Assembly (NCBI GenBank): GCA_963713855.1
Contig: OY970209.1
Coordinates: 736,001 to 800,000, forward strand
From: an uncultured bacterium
Lineage (GTDB): Bacteria > Babelota > Babeliae > Babelales > Babelaceae
Reading direction: 5' to 3'
DNA: 64,000 bases
Positions 1 through 10,182 of the stretch are shown here, piece by piece (positions within the stretch are counted from its first letter, which is position 1; each line of letters opens with the position of its first letter). A program made the position numbers and the translations under genes. The notes beneath the pieces were generated by a model. It worked only from the letters and a program-made list of their open reading frames with translations. It did no database searches and had not been told where the DNA came from.

Positions 1-1484
<1,484 letters not shown>

Positions 1485-1507
1485 GGTATATCCTGAGGCT
1501 AGCAATG

Positions 1508-1599
1508 TGGAGGAGAGAGTGGGATTCGAACCCACGATCCCAATTTCTTGGGATAACTGCTTTCGAGGCAGCCGCTTTAGACCACTCAGCCATCTCTCC
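1508..1599 (-). tRNA. tRNA-Ser(CGA)
   Basis: GGAGAGATGGCTGAGTGGTCTAAAGCG-GCTGC-CT-CGA-AA-GCAGT, long variable arm ATCCCAAGAAATTGGGAT, GTGGGTTCGAATCCCAC T-arm, TCTCTCC-T-CCA end. Confidence 0.97.
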
Positions 1600-1759
1600 T
1601 TAAATGTGCGATATTTTGTGTCACTAAGCACTTTTTTTACTTTCCCAAGAATATACTATTTATCACTTTTTGAAAAGGCGGGATCGCTTGTTCCGTTTTG
1701 TATCCGGTGCAGAGGAAGGGCTGCAATAAGCCGACATGCGTCGGCGCCTACGATGCGGG

Positions 1760-2257
1760 TTATTTTTTTGCTTTTTTGTTCCAAAAAAAGTTTATTTCGC
1801 GCTTTGCTGATTCGGCTGAATCTGAGCCGTGAACAGCGTTGAATGTTTTGTTGGTACCAAACATTTTTCGGATTGTGCCTACGAGAGCTTGCTGTGGATT
1901 AGTAGCCCCCATGAGCGCGCGCCAATCAGCAATAGCATTCTCCTTTTTAAGGACTAAAGCAATAACTGGACCAGAGGTGATATAGTCTACAAGTTCCTTA
2001 AAAAAGGGCTTTCCTTGATGTTCGCTATAAAATTTCTCAGCTTCTTTAGTTTTTAATAAGCGCTTTTCCATGCGAGTAATGGTAAAACCGTTAAGTTCAA
2101 TAAGGGCTACTATATAGCCCGAGTTACGTGCGGCCACTGCATCAGGTTTTATAAGGGCAAACGTTTCTGTGAGCGCAGTGCACGTTTCTTGACCACGCAC
2201 GGTCTGGAAAATGATGGTGGAAAATAATAGAAAGGTAATAAGGGTATGGTATATCAT
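1760..2257 (-). CDS. ndk: Nucleoside diphosphate kinase with N-terminal signal-peptide-like extension
   Basis: TFALIKPDAV, YITSGPV, GTIR, NAVHGSDS (catalytic His), EINFFW. Confidence 0.95.
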   Translation of the reverse strand: MIYHTLITFLLFSTIIFQTVRGQETCTALTETFALIKPDAVAARNSGYIVALIELNGFTITRMEKRLLKTKEAEKFYSEHQGKPFFKELVDYITSGPVIALVLKKENAIADWRALMGATNPQQALVGTIRKMFGTNKTFNAVHGSDSAESAKREINFFWNKKAKK

Positions 2258-2519
2258 GTAAAAGATCCTTAAGAAATAACTCTAGGTAGTGTAGCACGCA
2301 TTGTACCTTTTTCGCGTTGGCGGCTAAAGACTTTTTTTAAAGCAGCCGCTTTTTTAAGCGACTAGCAATTTTTTTATCACGGTGCATGTTATTTATACTC
2401 TCGCTAAGAGGTTTTTTTGGTATATGCTTAGAACCTAGTGAACTGGCTTGGACTTTCTTTGAACGAGTGGTATTTTAAGGAAAGTAATTTTTAACGATTT
2501 TAATGTGCAGGAGAAAGCA

Positions 2520-3980
2520 ATGGCCCTTCGGTCTAATGTGCAGGCAGTTATACTGGCCGCTGGCCAATCTAAACTTTTTAAAACTGAAAACACTAAATTG
2601 AGCTTTCCTATTTGTGGTCAGGAGATGATCTTGTACCCGGTAAAGATGCTTGAAAACCTTAACATACCCACGACGGTTGTTTTGGGGCATCAAAGGGAGC
2701 TTCTACGTAAAATTATCGACGCAAAAGCCTCAAGCATAACCTATGTTGAGCAGCTTGAGCAGCGGGGTACTGGGCATGCTCTTCTATGTGCGCGTGCTCA
2801 ATTACAAGCAGAGCATGTTCTTGTTATTAATGGTGATGCTCCTCTTGTAACACCGGCAATGATTCAAGACATGATTGCCCAGCATTTTTTGAATGATGCA
2901 ACGGTAACATTTGCAACCTCTCATAACGAGGACCCTGGGCTTGAAGGCTATGGCCGTGTAATGCGTAAAGATAGCGCGGTCGAGATCATTGAATATAATG
3001 ACAAACGAGATACGTCATCCCTCTGTTGCGTTAACGGTGGTATCTATATCTTTAAGCGTTCATTTTTAGAAGCTGCGTTACATCGTATACCCCCTTATAC
3101 ACATTCTGGAGAATTTGGAGTACCGGAGCTTATTGGTATGGCAAGTGCTCAGGGGCTAATTGTTGAAACGGTTCAGCTGCCTTTTGACAACGTACGTAAT
3201 GTTACCACGCTCAAAGATTTATGGGTTGTTGAGCACATAAAGCGCTCAGAGCTTATAAGTTATTGGATGACGCAAGGTGTTCGTTTTTCTTTTGCTCAAA
3301 ATGTGCATCTTGATATCGATGTAACCATTGGTCCCGACACGCTTATAGGTGTTGGAGTTCATCTTCTAAACGGTACGAATATTGGTGCTCACTGTGTTGT
3401 TGACGGATTTACATATATAAGTAATAGCATACTTCACGATCATGTGCATCTGCTGCCGCACTGTTATATTTATGATTCTGCAATACATGCTTATGCTCAA
3501 ATAGGCCCTTTTGCCCATATAAGAAAAGGTAGTGTTATCGATACGCACGTTACCGTTGGCAATTTTGTAGAGGTAAGTTCTACGACGCTTGGCTCGCATA
3601 CCAAAGCCAAACATTTTAGCTATTTAAGTAATGCTGCTATTGGCTCACATGTCAACATAGGTGCGGGCACTATAACGGGTAATCACGACGGTCATGGTAC
3701 TAAGCACCCAATCGTTATTAAAGAGGGGGCTTTTATAGGAAGCAATAGCACTCTTGTAGCGCCAATTACGATTGGAAAAGGGGCAATGACAGCTGCAGGT
3801 TCAACCTTAACAAAGCATGTACCCGATCAATCGCTAGGCATAGCTCGTCCACCTCAAATAAATAAAGAAGGGTATGCATCACGTTTACGGTCCCGTTTTA
3901 AGGAAGCTGAGTATGAGGAAAAGCATACCTGTACCTGTGCTCATGAAGCTAATGCTGCGATGAGTATTGAGGTTGCATGA
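2520..3980 (+). CDS. glmU: Bifunctional GlmU-family protein (nucleotidyltransferase plus left-handed beta-helix acetyltransferase)
   Basis: VILAAG, EQRGTGHA, NGDAPL, GYGRV, GPFAHIR, GNFVEV, KAKHFSYL, NIGAGTIT. AGGAG RBS before ATG 2520. Confidence 0.9.
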   Translation: MALRSNVQAVILAAGQSKLFKTENTKLSFPICGQEMILYPVKMLENLNIPTTVVLGHQRELLRKIIDAKASSITYVEQLEQRGTGHALLCARAQLQAEHVLVINGDAPLVTPAMIQDMIAQHFLNDATVTFATSHNEDPGLEGYGRVMRKDSAVEIIEYNDKRDTSSLCCVNGGIYIFKRSFLEAALHRIPPYTHSGEFGVPELIGMASAQGLIVETVQLPFDNVRNVTTLKDLWVVEHIKRSELISYWMTQGVRFSFAQNVHLDIDVTIGPDTLIGVGVHLLNGTNIGAHCVVDGFTYISNSILHDHVHLLPHCYIYDSAIHAYAQIGPFAHIRKGSVIDTHVTVGNFVEVSSTTLGSHTKAKHFSYLSNAAIGSHVNIGAGTITGNHDGHGTKHPIVIKEGAFIGSNSTLVAPITIGKGAMTAAGSTLTKHVPDQSLGIARPPQINKEGYASRLRSRFKEAEYEEKHTCTCAHEANAAMSIEVA

Positions 3981-5209
3981 TTCGCTTTATTCATACGGCC
4001 GACGTACACTTTGGTGTTGAAAATTACGGGCGTGTCGATGCAAAGACAGGAATACATACGCGCCTATTAGATTTCTATACTGCTCTTCAGTTTTGTGTAG
4101 ATCGTGCTATTGAAGAGAATGTTGATTTCTTTCTTTTTTCTGGTGACGCTTATAAAACTGCGCACCCAAGTCCCACGCAACAACGGCTTTTGTGCGATTG
4201 TTTTTTGCGCCTTTTTAAGGCGAACATACCGCTTGTTATTATTGTTGGAAACCATGATAATCCTTTAAGTTTTGGCAAAGCTCATGCACTTGAGCTTTTT
4301 GGCCAGCTACCGCTTGACGGCTTTCACGTATTTTCAAAGCCTGGTGTGTTAACGCTTAAAACAAAAAGCGGGCCAGTTCAAATTGTCGGAATACCTTGGC
4401 CGTCTCGCTCTAACATTGCGCTCAGTTCCGCACATGCAAATAGCTCGGCCGTGGATGTGAGCGGATACATTAGCCGCGCTGTGTCAGGCATCATTGGTGC
4501 ATTTGCCAGTAAGCTCGACCCGAACGTGCCTGCTATACTAGCTGGTCATTTGACCGTAAGTACTGGCGTGTATTCGGGCTCAGAAAAAAAAGCTATTTAC
4601 GGTAACGACCCAATCTTTTTGCCGTCGCAGCTTGCTATTCCTCCCTTCGATTATGTGGGCCTGGGCCATCTTCATAGATATCAAAGCCTTAATGTGCAGA
4701 GCCATCCACCAATCGTGTATCCCGGATCGATAGACCGTATTGATTTTGGAGAAAGGAAAGAAGAAAAAGGTTTTTGCTTAGTCACTATCCAAGATAAGCA
4801 ACGGACAAACCACGTCTTTATAAAAACGCCCATTCGCCAATTTATTCAATTAGACGTATATCTTGAAGGAAGTGAAAGTCAAACCGATCACATACTGCAA
4901 GAACTTAATAAGCACGAACTGGAAAACGCTATACTTAAAATCGTCTACCACGTTCCTGCCGGCAAAAAAGACCGTGTAGATTTTTTGGCTGTCCAACAAG
5001 CAAGTGCACGCGCTCATTATTTGTCGGGCATTATTCCGGTTCGCGCTCTTGAAACGCGTGACCGCCGTCCACAGCTTAAAGTTACTATGGGTTTTAACCA
5101 ACTGCTTGATAATTATTTTAGCCAAAAGCCAGAGTGGAAGGATAAACGCTCAACACTCCTTCAAAAAGCAGCCGAGCTTGAAGCGGAGCTTGATTCAGAA
5201 ACATCATAA
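3977..5209 (+). CDS. sbcD: Exonuclease SbcCD subunit D (Mre11-family metallophosphoesterase)
   Basis: HTADVHFG, SGDAY, VGNHD, AGH, YVGLGHLHRYQ, YPGSIDRIDFGE. ATGA overlap with glmU. Confidence 0.92.
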   Translation: MIRFIHTADVHFGVENYGRVDAKTGIHTRLLDFYTALQFCVDRAIEENVDFFLFSGDAYKTAHPSPTQQRLLCDCFLRLFKANIPLVIIVGNHDNPLSFGKAHALELFGQLPLDGFHVFSKPGVLTLKTKSGPVQIVGIPWPSRSNIALSSAHANSSAVDVSGYISRAVSGIIGAFASKLDPNVPAILAGHLTVSTGVYSGSEKKAIYGNDPIFLPSQLAIPPFDYVGLGHLHRYQSLNVQSHPPIVYPGSIDRIDFGERKEEKGFCLVTIQDKQRTNHVFIKTPIRQFIQLDVYLEGSESQTDHILQELNKHELENAILKIVYHVPAGKKDRVDFLAVQQASARAHYLSGIIPVRALETRDRRPQLKVTMGFNQLLDNYFSQKPEWKDKRSTLLQKAAELEAELDSETS

Positions 5210-5217
5210 AATTTAGA

Positions 5218-8200
5218 TCATCGGTATGCAAAGAGTGTAGTTAAAGGATGCGACGTTACGAGAGTAGTAACCTCCCTTTCGCTTAACCGACCGTTCTTTA
5301 AAGTTGAGTTTGATAAAAGATCAATCGGCATGGTAGATAGCTCTTTTAAAGCACCTTTAATAAGATCCCCAAGTGCTTTGCATTCTTGTTTAAACTTTGA
5401 AGCGCTATTCTGCAACGCTGATTGTAGTGAACGAACAAAGTGTTCTACGTTTTCTGCTAGAGGCTCAGTGTAGCTTTGAGGAATAGTTTGCTTTAGTAGA
5501 TGAGCTATACCCAAAGCCGGAATTTTTAAGTAGCGTACATTTACAAAAGCACGTTTGCCATTATAGTGCTCATAGAGCTTTTTTGTGTATCCTAAGCATG
5601 AAAGAGCAGTTTTTGTAAGCTCCTCCGCTTGATCGGTATAGCCGCTTTTAGTATACTGTGCTGCCTGATGAGCGAGAGCCATTACAAAAACACAAAGGGC
5701 GTTCAGAGTAGACTTTTCGTCAGATTTCAACTTTCCACTAGCTCTACATAAGGTAACGGCTGATTCTATGACTGTAAGGAGTTTATCGAAAATATCTTTT
5801 TGAAAGGGAGTTGCGTAAAGTGTAGTTAGGCTATCTACTGATAAATCGTGTTTTGCAAAGGCTTTTTGCGTAATGCCATCAATTGTGAAAGTGTATGTTG
5901 AAAACTGCTCATTTTTATGGTCAAAGCCTTTTTGCTTTTGGAGAATATTTAAGAGTAAAAATTGTGTTTGAAGAATACCTCTGTATGCGGCTAAACATTT
6001 TTCGTACAAATGAGCAGAAGCTGCTTTATGGTAAAGTTCAAGAAACGCATTGCGTATAGAGCTATCTACGATACTAATTTCATGAGCGTCTATTTTGTGT
6101 TGATTATACCTATATATGGTATCCATCATAACTTGTACGTTATCTTTAATTAAGGTCAACTTCTCTTCGTAACCAGTTTTTTCTTTCTGCAACTTGTTCT
6201 CAAACTCTTCAATTTTTTGAGCAAGCTGGCTGATGCTCATCGTTTTGGCTAAGTCCTCTTGCTGTTTTGCAAACGAGTCTTCGCCATTCAATATTACGCG
6301 TGTGGGTTCTATTGGAAGAACGTCTAAGCGAACCGGCACACCCATTGCTATAAGAGCGCGCTGGTCAGCGTTGTCAAAGAGCTTAAGTTGCTTTGTTCTA
6401 TCGTAGAGCCAGAAAGGAAGAATGTACCCATCTATGTCAAAGTACGGTTTTATTAAAACTTGGTCTGGAAAAGATGCGCATTCTTCAAGAGCCTTTATGT
6501 AGTAGGTATACTCTCTTTCCCAGTCCTCATGAGTTTTAAGGTCGTAATTACGAATTTGGGTGTCTATAAAATCTTCATCAGGATAGTCTTTTAAATCAAT
6601 CGTATCGCACGAAGTAAAATGATTGTATAGAAGATAGGCCGCGGTTCCTGCAGCGATAATTCCCACCGCAATAATCGCAGCCGAAGGCACGTATTTGACT
6701 GCTTTTTCTATCAACTTCTCACTCATCTCAGGTAATGGCCCTTCGACCCGAGCTTTTCCGTAAGCACCTTTTGCTGTGGCAACACCTTGCTCGTTACTGT
6801 AGTATGCCTGACCTCCAATTGTTGCACTGTAGTCATGGCCAAGGTCAAAGCGGTTATATGGTGATGCTATAGGCGTGGCGCAAGGACTTCCTCTATACCC
6901 ATACACATCAGGATCCATATAGCCACTACTAGAGTGATGATCAGAAGCTACATCATGAACTTCAGTAATCAGTGAGGCAGCAGAATCTTTGTAATGCTCA
7001 TGTAAGCTACTCTCGTCAACTTTCTTAATATTCTCATTCACGTTAGATTCAAAATGCATTGAGTCTTGTGGGGTAAAACCTTGGTAGGTATACTTCTGTA
7101 AGCCTTCTCTGAGCGCTTCAGAAAAAGACTGTTGAACAAATTCTTTGATGGCTATAGATTGTGAATCTTCATGTGTAGGAAAAACAGATGCTGCTTGATT
7201 GCTATCTTGCCTGAGTACGCTAAAAATACCAGGCATCATAAAAAGCCCGCTTGCTTGATGAATGTCACTTGGAGGGATGTTGTCAGAAGGAATGTAAGGA
7301 GATTCTGACATAGTAGACTGAGAAGGAGTAACTTTTGTTGGTATATACATCTCCCCATTTTCTCTCCAATGTATTCCCCGCTCATCAAACCACTGCTTCC
7401 ATGAAGGATCAATCGGTCCTTTTGAAAGTACAACAAATTCAGCATCATTGCTTTTTGCTACCTCATACTGTGCTTTAAATGTTTGTTGCATGTCTTGAGC
7501 TTTGTCACAGTTGATTCTAAGATTTTTTCTATCTTTGCTTTCAAAAAATATTTTTTTAGTTCCTAGCTGATCTGTATAGTCCGCTATAATGTCAAACTCT
7601 CTAGATTTTGACGAAACGCTGAAATCTGTAAATCTGCGTCCCACTTCTTTTAATTCGTATTGGGGTAACTTACTGACTTTATCAAGCATTTCCAATTCAT
7701 ACCAAGCCCCCCTTGCTAGACCTTCGTCTTTTTTAAGGAAAACTCCTTTGAAAAATCTTGCTAAAGCATTTTCTGGATCTCCTTCTAATCCCGGTAAGTT
7801 TTTAAGTCTCTGAAATATACGCGGCAATTGCTCCAATTTTTCAACAGGGAAGCCTAACCCTTGAGGATTAGTTCGTATGAGAAGCTGAAATACAGCTTCC
7901 CGGCAACCAACGCCAGGTATAATTTCACTGGGCTTAATTATATCTCTTGCATCGGCTGCTACCTTTTGAATTAGCGGATCATTGTTTATGGGAGCTTTTA
8001 GAAAATTGGTCAATTGATCTTTTTTGAGCCAATGGTGCATTTTAAGGTCGTGGTTATAATGAGGGTCTTTTATTCCCTGATAAGGTAAAGGATAATGATC
8101 AGGAAAATTACGAGGATCATGGGGTTTTAACGCGCGACCACCGCCATTTGGCGAGTTAGTGTCTGCAAAATATTCGATGGTAGGCCGAAAATCTAACTCT

Positions 8201-8910
8201 TCAATGTTCAAATTTGCATATGAAGGCATGGTCGGAAATTCAAGAACGGGCTCGGGCACTTTATGCCACTTAAAACCTTGATCATATTTGAATGAAGCAA
8301 ACGATTTCCAATTTTGTTCCTGAGCTTCAAATAATCCAACTTTATGATAACCATTAGGATTTAGTTCTATTGCTAGCTGCGCACTCTTTGAAAAAGGAAT
8401 CTTTAAATTTAAAACTGACTTGGGAGTTAGTTGAGCAATTTTAGCTGTTCCCAGACTGACAAGGTAATGCGCAAGTCCTTGTCCAATTATCTCGCCAGCA
8501 GCTGCTAAAGTCGCTTTAGTAGGATCTATTCCATATTCCTGTTGAAATTCTGGGCTATGAATAACATCATAAGCACTTTTAAGCATTCCACCAGCGGTAA
8601 TGAAAAGCAAAGCATGAGTAACACCGGGAACAATAAGAATGCCAGGAAACGCGATAATGATTCCAGTTGCACAAATGGTAAAGGCGAGCTCCCGAGGATT
8701 ATCAAGCATCTTTTTCGTGGCTCTGCTAAATCCTCGTCCCACGGCTAAGCTGTACTCAACGATATCTTGACTAGTTAATTCATGAGCCTGCGCTTCCGCT
8801 AGTAACTCTGGCGGAATATAAAACTGTGCTTTAATAGATGATTCTGGAATTAAGAAAAAACATAATAATAAACAACTTAAAGATTGAAATAAATTTTTAA
8901 TGAGATGCAT
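5218..8910 (-). CDS. Large exported polymorphic-toxin-like protein with internal PD-(D/E)xK (REase-fold) nuclease domain
   Basis: Likely start ATG 8910 (signal peptide MHLIKNLFQSLSCLLLCFFLIPESSIKA). Hydrophobic helices follow, then RGAWYELE...REFDII...FFESKD at about 7355-7720, a second hydrophobic segment and a helical C-terminal region. Confidence 0.65.
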   Translation of the reverse strand: MHLIKNLFQSLSCLLLCFFLIPESSIKAQFYIPPELLAEAQAHELTSQDIVEYSLAVGRGFSRATKKMLDNPRELAFTICATGIIIAFPGILIVPGVTHALLFITAGGMLKSAYDVIHSPEFQQEYGIDPTKATLAAAGEIIGQGLAHYLVSLGTAKIAQLTPKSVLNLKIPFSKSAQLAIELNPNGYHKVGLFEAQEQNWKSFASFKYDQGFKWHKVPEPVLEFPTMPSYANLNIEELDFRPTIEYFADTNSPNGGGRALKPHDPRNFPDHYPLPYQGIKDPHYNHDLKMHHWLKKDQLTNFLKAPINNDPLIQKVAADARDIIKPSEIIPGVGCREAVFQLLIRTNPQGLGFPVEKLEQLPRIFQRLKNLPGLEGDPENALARFFKGVFLKKDEGLARGAWYELEMLDKVSKLPQYELKEVGRRFTDFSVSSKSREFDIIADYTDQLGTKKIFFESKDRKNLRINCDKAQDMQQTFKAQYEVAKSNDAEFVVLSKGPIDPSWKQWFDERGIHWRENGEMYIPTKVTPSQSTMSESPYIPSDNIPPSDIHQASGLFMMPGIFSVLRQDSNQAASVFPTHEDSQSIAIKEFVQQSFSEALREGLQKYTYQGFTPQDSMHFESNVNENIKKVDESSLHEHYKDSAASLITEVHDVASDHHSSSGYMDPDVYGYRGSPCATPIASPYNRFDLGHDYSATIGGQAYYSNEQGVATAKGAYGKARVEGPLPEMSEKLIEKAVKYVPSAAIIAVGIIAAGTAAYLLYNHFTSCDTIDLKDYPDEDFIDTQIRNYDLKTHEDWEREYTYYIKALEECASFPDQVLIKPYFDIDGYILPFWLYDRTKQLKLFDNADQRALIAMGVPVRLDVLPIEPTRVILNGEDSFAKQQEDLAKTMSISQLAQKIEEFENKLQKEKTGYEEKLTLIKDNVQVMMDTIYRYNQHKIDAHEISIVDSSIRNAFLELYHKAASAHLYEKCLAAYRGILQTQFLLLNILQKQKGFDHKNEQFSTYTFTIDGITQKAFAKHDLSVDSLTTLYATPFQKDIFDKLLTVIESAVTLCRASGKLKSDEKSTLNALCVFVMALAHQAAQYTKSGYTDQAEELTKTALSCLGYTKKLYEHYNGKRAFVNVRYLKIPALGIAHLLKQTIPQSYTEPLAENVEHFVRSLQSALQNSASKFKQECKALGDLIKGALKELSTMPIDLLSNSTLKNGRLSEREVTTLVTSHPLTTLFAYR

Positions 8911-8935
8911 GTGCGTACCTTTTAAAAAGTCTTTC

Positions 8936-9844
8936 TTAAACTTTATAAATTCTTTCTTTATAGTCGATTCCGTTAAAAGCCTCAAAGGAATAAATATCTC
9001 GTCCTTCTGTTAGGTCGAGTATGACTTGAATATAAGGTCTTAAATCTACAGGCTTTTCCTTTTGTTGAAATGGTATGATAGAAAGGTCTTCGTATAGCAC
9101 CAACTTAGCCATTCCCCATTTTGCTTTTATTGGCAGCACAAAGGGCAAATCTGTTTTTAATAATTTTAATATATCTAAATCTATTAACTCATAGCCTTTA
9201 GAGAGACACTTTTGTTGTAATTCGAATAAGTCGTCTGCTATGTCCTTTAAGTGAGATTCTGTCCGGTTTTTTGCAATAGCTGCTCTAGGTGCCCAATAGA
9301 ATCCCGAAGTACTAATCATTACCCTCCACTCCCCTACTTTAACGTCATCATACCTCTCGTCCATAAGATAATCGTTGTATGCTATGAGCTCCCCTATTGC
9401 GTAGGGAGCTGTTATTTTTAGTAACTTGTCGATATACCAGTCATAATGTATAGAAGTAGCACCGTTTTCTTTATAAGGTATAAGATCTCCTGGTGAAAAA
9501 GTCACACGAGTGCCGTTAGAAACTACGTAAAAATTAATATAAGCAGACTCTACGTGTTGTATACCCAAATAATCATGATGAGGCCGCAATCTGCATTCTT
9601 CATCAAAACAGGCAAATGCGCATAAAAATTCAGAATAATTTCTCTTTAGCAGCTCCTGCCAAGCAATATCAATTCCTTTATCAAAGCTTATTTCTCGACT
9701 TTCGATAAACTTTTGTGAATCGTCATAGACTTCATGATACATTTTTTCAGGATTTAGCTGATGAAGATTAGTCATTATATTACTAACTATTTCTTTTGTC
9801 GGCGACTGTGGAATAGCTGCATGTATATAGTAAGTGGTGCTCAT
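8936..9844 (-). CDS. Hypothetical protein, candidate immunity protein with two internally repeated domains
   Basis: Cytoplasmic, acidic/aromatic, directly upstream of the nuclease-bearing gene. Its halves end in similar motifs (YIDKLLKITAPYAIGELIAYN / YIQVILDLTEGRDIYSFEAFN). Confidence 0.5.
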   Translation of the reverse strand: MSTTYYIHAAIPQSPTKEIVSNIMTNLHQLNPEKMYHEVYDDSQKFIESREISFDKGIDIAWQELLKRNYSEFLCAFACFDEECRLRPHHDYLGIQHVESAYINFYVVSNGTRVTFSPGDLIPYKENGATSIHYDWYIDKLLKITAPYAIGELIAYNDYLMDERYDDVKVGEWRVMISTSGFYWAPRAAIAKNRTESHLKDIADDLFELQQKCLSKGYELIDLDILKLLKTDLPFVLPIKAKWGMAKLVLYEDLSIIPFQQKEKPVDLRPYIQVILDLTEGRDIYSFEAFNGIDYKERIYKV

Positions 9845-10182
9845 AGCTTACTCGCTATTAAAACTGATTTGAAAATCAAATAAAATTCGTTGTTAAACAA
9901 ATGAGTGTTGCGAAGGGTAAAAGGAAGATTTAAAGAAGCTGGAGTTTTGTGACAGTATGAATATTTCATGGTAAAGTCTTAAGCTGCTGCATAACATTAA
10001 ACTCTTTATACATTAGTAGTTTTAGCTCAAATGTCAACTTTTTTATGAAATTTGGTGAAAAAATCAAAAATAAAACTTTCTAATTTGATTTGATCAACTA
10101 TTAATGGCAACCCAACCAATACCGCAAATTGATGGTTAAAAAGATAAAGAAAAGGGTCGCGTAAAAGTGCCCCTTATTCGTT

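Noticed and set aside
1508..1511. U rather than G discriminator in tRNA-Ser
   Set aside because: Seryl-tRNA synthetase relies mainly on the variable arm and such variants occur in bacteria; not notable alone.
3977..5209. sbcD without adjacent sbcC as a novel system
   Set aside because: sbcC may simply lie elsewhere in the genome; this cannot be judged from the window.
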